A stretch of 44,533 nt of DNA from Azolla caroliniana (GCA_043228905.1 JBHGNT010000254.1:1-44533); one strand, 5' to 3'; positions 24,387 through 43,717 are shown, counted from the first letter of the stretch. Numbers and translations are program-made. The notes: generated from the sequence alone by a model not told the origin.

Positions 24387-26357
24387 ATGGCTATGGCGAT
24401 GACACCATTACCCACTCTTCCAATCCACAGCTCCACCTCCAGATCTGCATTTCAGTCCTCCCATCTTCAATTGGGCGCCTCTGTTTCTCTCCGCAGACAC
24501 CCCAACCCTCCTCTGCGCCAGAGACAGAGACATGGAAGGATCTCCATGGAAACAAATGTGGCTACTACCCAACCAAAACTCGAGCTTTCGTTGTCTCCGC
24601 CGACTTTCTTGGCTTCCAGGTATGCCGATTCCGAGCCCCGTAAAGGTAGTGATATATTGGTAGAAGCTCTGGAGAGAGAAGGTGTGGTAGATGTGTTTGC
24701 TTACCCCGGTGGAGCATCAATGGAGATACACCAAGCTCTCACAAGGTCGGAAATCATCCGAAATGTGCTTTGTCGGCATGAGCAAGGAGAGATTTTTGCT
24801 GCCGAAGGTTATGCCCGAGCATCAGGAAAAGTAGGAGTTTGTATTGCCACATCGGGACCTGGAGCCACAAACCTCGTCACTGGATTGGCGGATGCTATGC
24901 TCGATAGCACCCCATTGGTCGCCATCACGGGTCAAGTACCCCGACGCATGATAGGCACTGATGCCTTCCAAGAAACCCCTATTGTTGAAGTCACACGATC
25001 CATCACTAAGCATAACTATCTCATCATGAATGTAGAAGATATCCCTAGGATCATCAAAGAGGCTTTCTTTCTCGCGTCATCGGGTCGCCCGGGTCCTGTA
25101 CTCGTCGACATTCCAAAAGATATCCAACAACAGATGGCAATACCAGATTGGTCCCAACCCATGAAGCTTCAAGGTTATCTTGATCGCCTTCCAAAACAAC
25201 CCCAAGATAACCAACTTGAACAAATTTTGAGGTTGATTTCAAGGTCCCGGAAACCAGTGATATACTGTGGAGGAGGATGTATTAATTCGAGTGAAGAACT
25301 TAGAGAATTTGTGGATCTCACAGGTATCCCGGTCACAACTACTCTGATGGGTCTCGGCGTATTTCCGTCATCGGATGATCGATGCCTCCACATGTTAGGC
25401 ATGCATGGAACGGTATATGCCAACTATGCAGTGGATAAAGCTGACCTCCTCCTTGCTTTTGGGGTAAGATTTGATGATAGAGTTACTGGAAAACTTGAGA
25501 AGTTTGCAAGTCGTGCTAGCATTGTTCATATTGATGTGGATTCCGCTGAGATTGGGAAGAATAAGCAAGCCCATATCTCCCTTTGTGCCGATGTCCGCCC
25601 TGCATTGCAGGGTATTACCCGCCTCATTAAAGCACAAAAGCTCTCGTTTGATTTCTCACCATGGAACAATGAGCTCGCTGACCAGAAGAACAAATGGCCT
25701 TTGAATTACCCCGACTTTGAGGACCTTATCTGCCCACAACATGCAATCCAGATGATTCATGATGTTACAAAAGGGGAGGCCATCATTTCTACTGGTGTTG
25801 GTCAACACCAGATGTGGGCAGCCCAATGGTTCAAGTATGATAGGCCAAGGCAATGGATCTCATCAGGTGGACTTGGTTCTATGGGCTTTGGATTGCCATC
25901 TGCTCTGGGAGCTGCAGTGACCCGATCTGACATGCCAGTAATTGATATTGATGGAGACGGTAGTTTTTTAATGAACATCCAAGAGCTTGCCACCATAAGT
26001 GTGGAGCAATTGCCAGTGAAAATCGTGGTCTTGAACAATCAACACCTTGGTATGGTCGTGCAATGGGAAGATAGGTTTTACAAGGGAAATAGAGCACATA
26101 CTTACCTCGGTGATCCGAGGGATGAGAGTGCGATTTTCCCCGACTTTTGCAAGATTGCAGAGGGATGTAAGGTACCATCCGCTCGCGTCACAAAAAAGTC
26201 TGATCTTAGAGCAGCCATTGAGAAGATGTTGGAGACTCCAGGACCTTATTTGCTTGATGTTATTGTGCCTCATCAAGAACATGTGCTTCCTATGATACCT
26301 AGTGGAGGATCGTTTGGTGACATCATCACAGAAGGAGATGGTAGGACAAGCTATTGA
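24387..26357 (+). CDS. ALS: Acetolactate synthase (AHAS) catalytic subunit, plastid precursor, intronless, ~656 aa
   Basis: [65 protein letters not shown] motif, [11 protein letters not shown] and [11 protein letters not shown] Ser/Arg/Pro-rich transit peptide starts at ATG 24387. Confidence 0.98.
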   Translation: MAMAMTPLPTLPIHSSTSRSAFQSSHLQLGASVSLRRHPNPPLRQRQRHGRISMETNVATTQPKLELSLSPPTFLASRYADSEPRKGSDILVEALEREGVVDVFAYPGGASMEIHQALTRSEIIRNVLCRHEQGEIFAAEGYARASGKVGVCIATSGPGATNLVTGLADAMLDSTPLVAITGQVPRRMIGTDAFQETPIVEVTRSITKHNYLIMNVEDIPRIIKEAFFLASSGRPGPVLVDIPKDIQQQMAIPDWSQPMKLQGYLDRLPKQPQDNQLEQILRLISRSRKPVIYCGGGCINSSEELREFVDLTGIPVTTTLMGLGVFPSSDDRCLHMLGMHGTVYANYAVDKADLLLAFGVRFDDRVTGKLEKFASRASIVHIDVDSAEIGKNKQAHISLCADVRPALQGITRLIKAQKLSFDFSPWNNELADQKNKWPLNYPDFEDLICPQHAIQMIHDVTKGEAIISTGVGQHQMWAAQWFKYDRPRQWISSGGLGSMGFGLPSALGAAVTRSDMPVIDIDGDGSFLMNIQELATISVEQLPVKIVVLNNQHLGMVVQWEDRFYKGNRAHTYLGDPRDESAIFPDFCKIAEGCKVPSARVTKKSDLRAAIEKMLETPGPYLLDVIVPHQEHVLPMIPSGGSFGDIITEGDGRTSY

Positions 26358-27029
26358 GCTTCTGGTTGGGGTTGGTTGATAGGAATCGGATGTTGATAAC
26401 ATCGTAGATTTGTATCTGGTTTGTGTTTCACTTATTAGGCTTTCCTTGAGATTGTTATGTTTTAATTAATGGTTTTTGGGGGATCTACTTCAAATATTAT
26501 CTTCAGACAAGTCATTATCAAGAGTAATGGTTTTAGCACTTTATTTTCTTTCTTTGATGTCATATGCACAATACCTAAACAATGTGAGTTCTTTAACGCC
26601 AATCACATTTGCTATGGTGTTGCAGACATTGTGTAGTTGTAGTAATCCCAAGAGTGGTATTTTCAAAGAAAGTAGTTTTCAGCTATTTTAGCTTAGTGTG
26701 AACACAAACCTTTTGTCGAGCCCCTTTTTTAGATGAGAGTATAGTTGAAATCAGCAGAGCTGTTTCTATGTAAAATAAGTGAAGCCTTTGTTGTTTGTTA
26801 CTATTTAATCTTCAATGTCTATCTGATATATAATTTCTCAGAATTCATTGATATGCTCACAAATAAGATGTATCGGATTGATTTGCTGTGCTTGCACATA
26901 GTGATTGCTCGTTTTGAAAGTATTATATTTTGTACAATGGATAAAAAGTAGGTGGTTTGTTCAGCTTGTTGCAATTTTACTAGTAATTTATTGACGATAT
27001 TGACTATTTTGAACCTTTCATGCATCTTG

Positions 27030-27385
27030 TTTCTAATGCTTTGCTTCAGCATCTTTGTAAGGTGATGGTGCATATCAATCAGATATGGATTAAACTTGAG
27101 ATGTTTGTATGTCTCAACCAACATGGTTGAAATTTGGGAATGTCTTAATTAAGGAAGAAGGTTGCATGCTGGTTGCAAAATAGGGTTTCTAATGCTTTGC
27201 TTTAGTCTCTTTATAAGGCAATGGTGCGTATCAATCAGATATGGATTCAACTTAAGATATTTGTATGTCTCAACAAACATGGTTGAAATTTGGGAATGCC
27301 TTAACTCCACAGGGTACAATGTATATATAGATTAAACTAGAATATATTTGTATGTGTTAATAAACATCATTGAATTTTGGGAATA
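27030..27385. repeat. ~157-bp-period tandem duplication, two good copies and a third partial copy
   Basis: tttctaatgctttgctt...atcaatcagatatggatt.aactt.agat.tttgtatgtctcaac.aacatggttgaaatttgggaatg occurs at ~27030 and ~27186. Confidence 0.88.
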
Positions 27386-28238
27386 TTTGACACAGCTTCT
27401 TATTAACATTAATTCAAGAATACTTCTTGCTCATATGAGCAACATATAACTCTAAACACACTTGAAATTTTTATTTAGGTTATAATATCTATAAACCATT
27501 TCCATAACAGTAATAATGTTTATGTTCATAATTGTATTTTGTTAAAACTATGAATTTGCAATAAAAAATTTCATGTATTTTTCATCGTTTTCTAATAATC
27601 AACAATAATGACAATATAAATCAATTATTGATAACACATCCAATTCTATAAATGGCAAGGAAATCCATGATTGTATATTTTCCTTCTTTTGCTATGAAAT
27701 ATGTAGTCACAATTCCACCAAGGAAGAAGTGAGAAGTTACTAAAAGGATAAATTTAGAATATTACATTGCAAACATCAACGCTAATGTTGGATTCAATGC
27801 AAGGCAGGAAGGCCTATCAACTATATTCAACCTTATCTCATTACTAACATGAGTATATTAACTCTCATAGAGCCCCGACACAGCATCGCACTCGATCACA
27901 CAAGCTAGGCATTTAAGTTGCATTTGACATCGAAATCCGTTAAATATGAAGGCATGCAAGGCATGCAAGGAACGATTGGTGGAGGATAAGTATCACTTGC
28001 TTTTTACATTCTCCACAAATGTGCAATTCATGAAAGCTAGGATGACATATAGGATGACATATTAAGAGGTAGTGATGATTCAGCTCTCAAACTAAACAGA
28101 ACACCTAGAAAGTGGAGCTCATGTGTGTGCATTATTCACATCAAGACTTTGTGCTTTAAAGTATGAACTTCCCTATGGAGGAGACACATCAAGAAAACCT
28201 ATGTACTTCAGTCCCATGGGTCAATATTGACATGTATA

Positions 28239-28364
28239 GACACTAAAAAATATCTAATCTAATCTATATACACACCTCACACCCATCAAGATTATGACTC
28301 TGTGGACACTAAAAAATATCTAATCTAATCTATATACACACCTCACACCCATCGAGATTATGAC
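28239..28364. repeat. ~66-bp tandem duplication in the receptor-kinase 3' region
   Basis: gacactaaaaaa(a)tatctaatctaatctatatacacacctcacacccatc.agattatgac occurs twice. Confidence 0.9.
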
Positions 28365-28517
28365 CATATACATACTGTCTCTTTGTGTACAAAGGATGCA
28401 TGGATACGAGTATATACAACTCATGTACACAATAATACATGGCAAAAGGAATTTTTGGCAATGCCTTACTCCAGTTGGAGGAAAGTAAATAGCAGCTTCC
28501 ATATCACCTTGTGAACT

Positions 28518-35366
<6,849 letters not shown>

Positions 35367-35624
35367 GATTGGTAGAGAAGCGGGTCGAAGCTAAAAAATC
35401 CTAGATGGAATGGAGAAACCCGGAGACAAAACGGAAGGTAGCAGGAACTAAAGAAGTGTGAAGAAACCATGGGTGAGCCGGTGTCTTTCATACTATTGAG
35501 TTGGGGGGGGAGCTACCAAACAGCACCAACAGAGGTGAGAGGTGAGAGATGGTAGCGAAGGAAGAAAAGAAAAGAAAAGATCGGGAAGGTCGCGATTCTT
35601 CTGCCTAACATCATCTGTCTCATT

Positions 35625-35670
35625 CCTCTTCCTCTTCTTCTTCTTCTTCTTCTTCTTCTTCTTCTTCTTC
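35625..35670. repeat. (CTT)n microsatellite upstream of the receptor kinase, followed by a ~36-bp tandem duplication (35686-35760)
   Basis: Direct observation; tgctgtttgttgatcgacga.aaatctctgcagaaaa occurs twice. Confidence 0.9.
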
Positions 35671-35836
35671 TGTTTTCTGCTTTCTGCTGTTTGTTGATCG
35701 ACGACAAATCTCTGCAGAAAATGCTGTTTGTTGATCGACGAAAAATCTCTGCAGAAAATTCAAAAGCTGACATAAATAAAATTTCTGTTTTTAGTATTTA
35801 CATTTTTTAACATCTTCTTTACATTTCTACCATCCA

Positions 35837-35910
35837 GGTTTCGTGGTGTAGTTGGTTATCACATCAGTCTAACACACTGAAGGTCTCCGGTTCGAACCCG
35901 GGCGAAGCCA
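35837..35910 (+). tRNA. tRNA-Val(AAC)
   Basis: GGTTTCGTGGTGTAGTTGGTTATCAC, anticodon arm tcagt-ctAACac-actga, GGTTCGAACCC T-arm, intact acceptor stem, downstream T-runs. Confidence 0.96.
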
Positions 35911-38887
35911 TACTTTCCCTTCCTTTTGCCATTTTGCATCCTTGCATAATTTTCTTGGCATTGGAAAATTAGAAATTTATACCTACCCACAAAAGCAAAC
36001 ATGAAATATTTCAATCGACCCCAATCATACACGTGGTCGTGTCATTACATTTGTCTCAACTCAACTCAAATATCTTCATGCATTTCATCGATAGTTAGTA
36101 GTTGATGTTCATTTCCTATTACTTACTTTGCACACACGGAGTATTGATCACCTACTCAAGATTATTAGCAATAGAGATATCGTTGATATCTAGGTTGGTA
36201 ATAGGTATAATATAAAGTAAGAACATTGGACATATGAATCTTTATCTCGGTCACTATTAATCATATTTCTATGCACTAGAAATTCTTTTGACTTTTCAAT
36301 AGGTGGTAAGTGCAATAGGCTTCAACGTCCAAAAGGGGTCGATTTTTAGGAGAAAAAAACACAAGTTTCTAGTGGTGGTAAGTGCAATAGATACAAGAGT
36401 TGCCAACATCCAAATTAGCAATCTAACTTATGGAAGCCTCAAAACGTAACATACCATCTAGAACTACATCCCAATGATTATTCATCCAAATAAGGTTTAT
36501 ATGTTGTCAAAATTATGGATGTTTGGAGATTGAGGGGACAATAATAAAAGTAAGTCCATAAATGTTATCGTTGTAATAACACACGTTACTACATAAGTGT
36601 TCTCTTTATACTAAGAAGGAATAAAATTATGAATATGTATCTCAAAAAAGTGTGTACGCCCTAAATTAATTTCTCCCGCAACGATTATTTATATATCTTC
36701 GAAACATTAAAACAAGAAGCGTTGAACCGAGCAGCCTGATGTTGTGATCGTGTGCTTGATGTTGTCACTTTTTTGGATGCATTACATTTTGCTTTGACAA
36801 CATGGTTAGATTATTATCATCATCATTATTTATTAGTGTATATCAGTTATCAAAGCTCAATAAGTGTATTTATCGCTATTAGGTCAACTATAAACTGTCA
36901 ATTTTTCTTGAAATCAAGATCTACCGATATGTTTGTCACCAAGAACTCATGAATTGAGAGTTGCAATACCTATTTAGTATATTAAGAGTTGTAAAGTCCA
37001 CATTTAGTGAGGGTTGTGAGAGATACAACAAACATGTTTGTCTTCTCACATGAAAAGATATTTGAAGTTCCAATGTCGACAATCAATTGACTTGACAAGG
37101 ATAGAAGCAAATCACAATCATCGTCTTGTCCTTGTACTCCACACATCCAATGTGGATACGATAACTACATGCTTATCCCCTATAATTGCATTGCAATTTT
37201 ATGATGTGCCATTGGCAATTCCTTAAGTTGCCCAACGGACTATTCATAAAGTCAAATTGTGTGAATGTTGAGTTCACTACAATCATTTTGTAGTGAAGTT
37301 GACATCAACTGGATTTTGTGTTTTTGCTGGATGCTCTTGCATGTACCTCTCCGTAGGACCAAAAATATAATAAGCTTGAGATCAATTGGGCATTGTATTT
37401 TTCATGAAGGATTCCCATATATATCTTTCATTAAATGAACACATATGTTTTATGCTAATATTTAAAAAGTAATTATCAACCATTAACCTTAGGAGAAAAC
37501 ACCTAATTACCCTTGATGTTGTAATATTAATGTTTTATGCTAATACTTATCGAGCACTATCAAGTAAGAAGCTAGGCAAGTTGGTTTGATTTCCTTTTAT
37601 GTGCATTTCACAATATAATCACGAAGAATTCTTTATATATGTCAAAAGTCACTCTTTTATTTTAAATTGCAATTATAAGCTTGAACAACTCATTGGACAT
37701 ACATTCAACTTTGTAGTGTATTGTTTTGGCAATATCCCATACCTAAAGGGGGCATATCCTCTATGCCGACTATCTCACATACATGAACTCGAAGGTACAA
37801 ATGACATGTTGCAATTGATGTCAACCATGTAGTGTTACCAATTAGCAAATTTTTGTTGGGGTGACCTCATTAAGTTATGTCATTGCTTACGTTGTATCTT
37901 TCCGTAAGCATGCCGAGAACATAGCACATAGAGAATATATATCCCAATCTATATGACCAAATTATATGTTGAGAAAAACATGGCACTTGAAAGAGTCAAT
38001 GCACTTGTACTAACTTCTCGAAGCTATACTCTTTGCAACTTAGAGGTTCTTGTCGTTTCCTACTTTGTGTTGCAAATGTTTTGCGAAGATTGAAACCATT
38101 TGTTTGGCACGTTTATTACAAGGCCAACACAACAAACAAACAAAAATTGTGTTGACTTCAATCAACTTCCCCTTTGCATGGTGACTTCTTTCTAGCAACA
38201 AGGCAAACATAAAAAAAACCCTCCTTATGGTTAAGCTAAAATTAAGGACATATGATTGGGTTATGCCACTGCACATTTCATAGCTTCCCTACGTGGTAAG
38301 CAATATTGTTATAAATGTATACATTATGCTGAAAAGTCTAGTCGGCGAGCATGTTTGAGCACAAAAGGACGTGGTTGATTTGCGTCATTTCACGTCTTAT
38401 GTTATGCAAGTACTAAGGAATATCATTGCAACTACATAAGCACATTGATTATTTGGTTATTAATTGTTGTTACTTTAGTTTGAGCTTCAACATTGTGATA
38501 TTGCTTACTAGAGCATATTATTGATAAGTTAGTATGATTAGAAAGTCGGTATGCCAAATACGAAAGGAACTGATCCAATCAATGATCATTCGATTTCAAG
38601 CTCATAATGAAGACATAAACTAAACAATAAACAAATCTAATCTAACCGATGATGGTTCGAAGTTCAAGCTCCTCGGGAATTGCATGAGCCCACATCATCT
38701 CTCTCGAGGAGAGCACAAGAAATCCAAAAGGCCATGTATTGACTTTGAGCCCCCAAGAAATAATAAGGGAGAGGATTGTGCCACCACAGAGAGGCAACAA
38801 GTAATGAAAAGAAGGGGAGAAAACCACTAGCAATGGAGTCGAATGAGAATGGTGTTTTGATTAGAGGGGGCGCTCCTTGGAAGTAGG

Positions 38888-39301
38888 TAACAATCAACAA
38901 CGGTTCGGTTCGAGAGGGCCAAAACCGAACCGTTCACAATTTCTGAAACTTGAACCGAACCTAACCACAAAACCATTAAACCGAACCATAATTTTTTTCA
39001 TACCGTTAAGCCATTAAACTGGTAAAACTGCGGTTTCGGTTTTCAGCTTAGGTCAAAATTTAAATTTTAAAAATTAAATTTTTTTGAGAATTTTCCGAAA
39101 TGTGAGAACAAGGTAGGAAAATGAAAAGATTGTTTAAAAACAAAATTGTTTTAATTTTTTAAAAATAAAATAAAAAATACAAACTATTTAAACCGCGGTT
39201 TTTGGCTGTTGAAACCGAACCGAACCGATTCAGCCGAACCGAACCGATTCAGCCGTTAAACCGCGGTTTCGCGGTTCAGTTCGGTTTATTGCCGATTGTT
39301 A
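38888..39301. mobile_element. 414-bp non-autonomous hAT-type element (MITE) with AACCG subterminal repeats
   Basis: Imperfect 13-bp TIRs taacaatcaacaa and ttgccgattgtta; 8-bp TSD gaagtagg (38880-38887) and gaagcagg (39302-39309); dense aaccgaaccg/cggttcggtt repeats at both ends and an AT-rich core. Confidence 0.85.
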
Positions 39302-39381
39302 GAAGCAGGGTGGACCTGGCATCTGACGTGGCAAGGATCGGCTTGCGTGGCATCCCTACCCCGCCGGACCTGCTCAGTCAG

Positions 39382-39412
<31 letters not shown>

Positions 39413-39951
39413 TCCTTCGCCATAGCCACAATTTAGCAGATCCCGTTTTTCTGTATAGATCATTATTTATATTCTCCTTTTCGTTTTCTTCTTCTGCTAG
39501 CATAAGCTCGCTATTTCTTCTTCTTCTATCGTTCGGTATTCTTCTTCTTCGCCTGATCAAAAGGAAAGTACCTTCTGAGCTCTTTACTACACACACAGTC
39601 AGATCGAGATCGATCGATTAATCGAGAGAGATCTCGCCACATCCACAACCTTCTGGTGTCCTCTGTTTGAATCAAAACCAACAAGGAAGCACATTCTGAC
39701 ATCTCTGTGTTTTCTTCTTCTTCTTTCTATCGTAGTAGATTCAGAGAGTTCTATCACTTTCAAGATCGCCTCTATCATCTATCTGTTCGAACGAGAAACA
39801 AGAAGAAATCTGACGAGGAATTAATTTTTATAGAAAAACCTGCACATTTCTGCTCTTTGTAACTATATTTTATATTTAGATTCATTCTTCCCTTCCCCCG
39901 TAGTTACTTGCAAATACCGCGTTCTGCATATCATCTGGTTTCTTTGAATGA

Positions 39952-42638
39952 ATGGCTTTCACCGTGCTTAACCACTCATTATCTTCTTCTTCTCCTCCTA
40001 AAATCCTTCTTCTTCCTCCTCCTCCTCGCCTTCTTCCCCTTCGTCTTTCTTGGCTAACTTTGTGACGCCATGGAGTGCCTCCGCTGCTGCGTCCACGCAG
40101 ACAACAAGGACGAATCAAAGCAAAAGCTCACGTTTTCTACGTATTTTGATGCTCGGACAAACGACAGATCACACTCATAATTCCTTTAATGGAAACTATA
40201 TAAGCAAACGGATTGTCGATAGTCGTAGTAAGACTGTTAAGATGGCAGCAGCTGTGGACCCTTCTTCTTCTTCTTCTATTTTTGTTAATACGCAAGTGAA
40301 AGGAAAATCTGATTGGAACCACGCCCAAGAAATGGTAGAAGAACTGAAGAGAGAGAGAGACTGAAACTCCAGTGAAACGCCTCAACCTTATTATCAACAC
40401 CATGGTAGAGAGAATTTGTGCAGGTCTGGCCGTGGAAGGAGGAAGTAAAGACTATAAAATGATCGTGACTTTGTTGATGAGCTACTTTCCGGGTACATAT
40501 TCCCTTGGTGTTCAATCTTGCTGTGATGCTCCTTTTCTTATGCTCTCTTGAGTTTTCTTAGCGCTTAGATTATTGAAACTCTCTGCAGCAAACAGAAATG
40601 AGAGAAGGAATTTTTATGTTCGTGATCAATTTTTAGTACTTAGATTTTTGAAACTTTCTGCAACAAACAGAAAGGAGAGAGGAAATTTCTACGCCTTGGA
40701 CCTTGGTGGAACCAATTTTCGCGTCTTTCTTAAGTCTGCACGTGAAGGGAAAACCTCCTCAATCTGAAGATAGACAGATGGAAGAAGCCACCATTCCTTC
40801 AGAGATTAGGTTGGAACTCATGAGGTTTGCTTCCCTACTGACCACCTTTTGCATATATGGTATGTGAAATAAATGGGTTTAGAAATTTCATCATGAACTT
40901 ATGAGGTATCTCCATCTTTCTTTCTATAATGAGATTTTGCTTAAAATTAAAAATTTTCATCTTGAACTCATGATTTTAGTTTTTCTGCTTCCATCTTTCT
41001 TTAAGCGACGTGAAATGTTTTTGTTTAGCAGATTTACACATTGAACTTGACCTAGATAGCGTACCTCTATTCTATTTATAAGATGTGAAATGATTTGTAT
41101 AGGCCTTAGTAACTGATCAGATTTTACATATTCTTCCATACAGGAGCTTCTTGATTTCCTGGCAGGCAAACTTGGTTCCTTTGTGGTAGGTGAAAGCAGA
41201 GATTTCGCACCATTGCCAGGTCAAAAACGAGAGTTTGGCTTCACTTTCTCGTTCCCTATAGATCAAACATCAATTGCTCCGGGGAAAACTGATTAAGTGG
41301 ACAAAAGGATTTCATGTGGAGGGAACGGTTAGTCAATTTGAAATGATAACTTCCTAGTTAAAAGTTCTCTATATTGTACCTCCCAATTAGTTCGTTCCAC
41401 ATGTTAAGAGCATGTTTTAATGATAAATTTAAAGCAAAGACTTGAAAACCGAAGTCATATGAGGTAAGGAAATGGGGTTTCACATCAGCAGATAACAAAT
41501 ACTTGCTTCCGTTACAATATGAAAAATGATAGTTATTCAGGCAGCTGGAGTAAGAAGCTCTCTAGATGCTAATATTTACATGGATCCAAACTGAGGATTT
41601 TGTGGAAGCCCGTAAGCATGGAAAACAAGTTGGGAATAAGGAAGAGTTATTTTTGGAGTTGTGTGATGAGATCAAAGTCATTAGAGTTGACAGGGAGCTT
41701 ATGCCCCATAACCTCTCAAATGGTTAGTCTAGATCAAATGTCATCCAATGTGCAATACATGAATTCCTCCTACTTCCTGGTCATGCTTGAATTCATCAGT
41801 AGAGAGACCTTCCTCATTGTGTGTCATTCTCCTCATGGAAAAACGTGGTCTAGCAAACAACACCTGAATCTATTTCATAGTGCATAAATTTAGGTATTAA
41901 TGTCATTCCATACTTGGTTTTACTGCATATCTGGGACTCATTTGATTTGACAAACAATCTCAAATTTAACTTTATGCTGGTTGACAGGCTGGCAAGTTGT
42001 TCAAGCATTAAAGGAAGCCATGGCACGCCAAGGACTTGATATGATCGTCAGTGCTCTGGTAATCAAAATTTATATCACATATGTTCCTCCTTTTGTGTTT
42101 GTCTTCTTGGCTATATGTATGCATTAACATATAGTTGGTGTATATTGATACTGATGGATGCATATTCAAGATATCTTGTATCTTTTTTGTACCACCCCTC
42201 AATAGTCATTATTATTTCCTGGACATTTCTTGCATATATTTTACCTGAACAGGGCTGATGTATCATGCATCGAAGGGCCACAATGGGTTTGCATATGTGT
42301 GGTATATGTGTTTTATCATCCATCGTTGGCTTTGTAGCAATATCAGCACGGGTGTTCACTGAATGTATTTAACTTAAGAAGGGTTTATGCATCAGTCACT
42401 TAGGGTATGACCAAGGATCTCAGGATTCCAGGGTTCCTCTAAAATTACTTCAACATTGTGTTTCCTAAAGCAGCAGTTCCCTAACAGCACCTGGTTTTTT
42501 GGTTTTTATGGTTAGTAGATAAATGATACTGTTGGAACACTAGCTGTGGCATCCATGGGAACATCTGAAGATGAAGAAATTCTGATTTCCATTAGACTTG
42601 GAACAGGAACAAATGCATGCTATGAAGAATCTATCAAA
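39952..42638 (+). pseudogene. HXK: Hexokinase pseudogene, intron-containing and 3'-truncated; exons ~39952-40492, 40671-40824, 41144-41327, 41988-42058, 42519-42638
   Basis: Motifs AGLAVEGGS..KMI, FYALDLGGTNFRV, REFGFTFSFPIDQTSI...LIKWTKGF, VVQALKEAMARQGLDMIVSAL|INDTVGTLA and LGTGTNACY. Several frameshifts (exon lengths 184 and 71 nt). The start is tentative; the N-terminus looks like a transit peptide. Confidence 0.9.
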
Positions 42639-42945
42639 CAGCACCAACAGAGGTCAGAGATGGTAGCGGAGGAAGAGAAGAAAAGAAAAGAAAAGAAAAG
42701 AAAAGAAAAGATGGAGAAGGTCGCGATTCTTCTGCCTAACATCATGTGTCTCATTCCTCTTCTTCTTCTTTCTGCTGTTTGTGGATCGACGACAAATCTC
42801 TGCAGAAAATTCTAAAGCTTACATAAATAAAACTATAGTTTTTATAGCCTATGAATAAGCTTTGTTTGAAACGTTTCATGGTGTAGTTGGTTATCGCATC
42901 CGTCTTACACACTGAAGGTCTGTGGTTCGAACCCAGGCAAAGTTC
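42631..42945 (+). repeat. Dispersed direct copy of 35513-35910 (receptor-kinase upstream region plus tRNA-Val)
   Basis: caaacagcaccaacagaggt.agagatggtagcg...aaggtcgcgattcttctgcctaacatcat.tgtctcattcctctt...gatcgacgacaaatctctgcagaaaatt...acataaataaaa, followed by a tRNA-like sequence, colinear with the source. Confidence 0.92.
42872..42945 (+). pseudogene. tRNA-Val pseudogene, anticodon position TAC
   Basis: Copy of 35837-35910 with a broken acceptor stem, an anticodon-stem mismatch (tccgt/actga) and an altered T-stem. A and B boxes are largely retained. Confidence 0.85.
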
Positions 42946-43429
42946 TAGGAACAGTGTTCGGGTTAGGTTAGGACATTTGCCGGCAATTGTGGGGGAGAGC
43001 TGGAACTCATTCTGACCAGAAAACTATAGTTTTTGTAAAAAAATGAAATAAACGATTTTATGTTTATTGAATTCCCGTTTTGTAAAAAAATGAAAGTAAA
43101 AGTAAAACGATTTTATGTTTATTGAATTCCCTCTTTTCCCTCTCTTTTTTCCCTCTCTTTGAGTGTGACAGTGTCTGTCATCTGATTTTCTTCTGGTCGC
43201 TTGGCACTCCTCCTTGCTCCTTCCTCTCTTCTCCAAGCTCGCTGATTATTATGCTCGAAAAACAGAAGAAGGGTGTAGATCTTTTTCCGATTCATTTTTT
43301 TCTTCTTGCTCGGTCGAACTAGTAGCATTAGATATTTGCTTTGTCAGAAACTTCATGTGGTGCTCTTGTCATCTGCTTTCCTTCTGCTCGCTGATTGGGC
43401 TACATCTCCAGCTCGTTGCTCTAAGGTAT

Positions 43430-43580
43430 CTCTCGCTCTCTCTCTCTCGATATGTTTATGTTGCTATTATTCTTGGTATGTCTCTCTCTCTCTTAATCTT
43501 TGTGCACCCATTTGTGTTGTCTCATACCTCTCTCTCTCTCTCTCCATATGTTGCTATTACTCTTGGTATGTCTCTCTCTC
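43430..43580. repeat. (CT)n-containing duplicated unit
   Basis: tatgttgctatta.tcttggtatgtctctctctctc occurs at ~43457 and ~43547. Confidence 0.8.
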
Positions 43581-43717
43581 TCGTACCTTTGCAAAAAATA
43601 TGTTAATGTAGGAACTAGAGAGAGTGAGAGAGAGAGAGATCAGCAGAACTAGCTTCCCTTTCCTCCACTCAACAAGTGGCCTTATCAGTGTCTGTCTCGG
43701 GGTATCGATTATACTGA

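Noticed and set aside
24387-26357. Herbicide-resistance substitutions in ALS
   Set aside because: Residues equivalent to Arabidopsis A122, P197, A205, D376, R377, W574, S653 and G654 all read wild type.
13859-26357. A metabolic or self-resistance gene cluster built around ALS
   Set aside because: The neighbours (PPR, tRNAs, FLA, MYND-DUF4470) share no evident pathway, and the ALS looks like an ordinary housekeeping copy.
35513-35773. Poly-Arg ORF on the minus strand
   Set aside because: It is the translation of a (CTT)n microsatellite and a tandem repeat. It is not a credible protein, though a short uORF cannot be excluded.
36000-38870. Short ORFs in the AT-rich interval
   Set aside because: No recognisable motifs or exon structure; probably decayed repeats that cannot be classified by eye.
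38900-39290. CRISPR-like or satellite array
   Set aside because: The AACCG units are short, irregular and enclosed by TIRs and a TSD, so they are transposon subterminal repeats in a eukaryotic genome.
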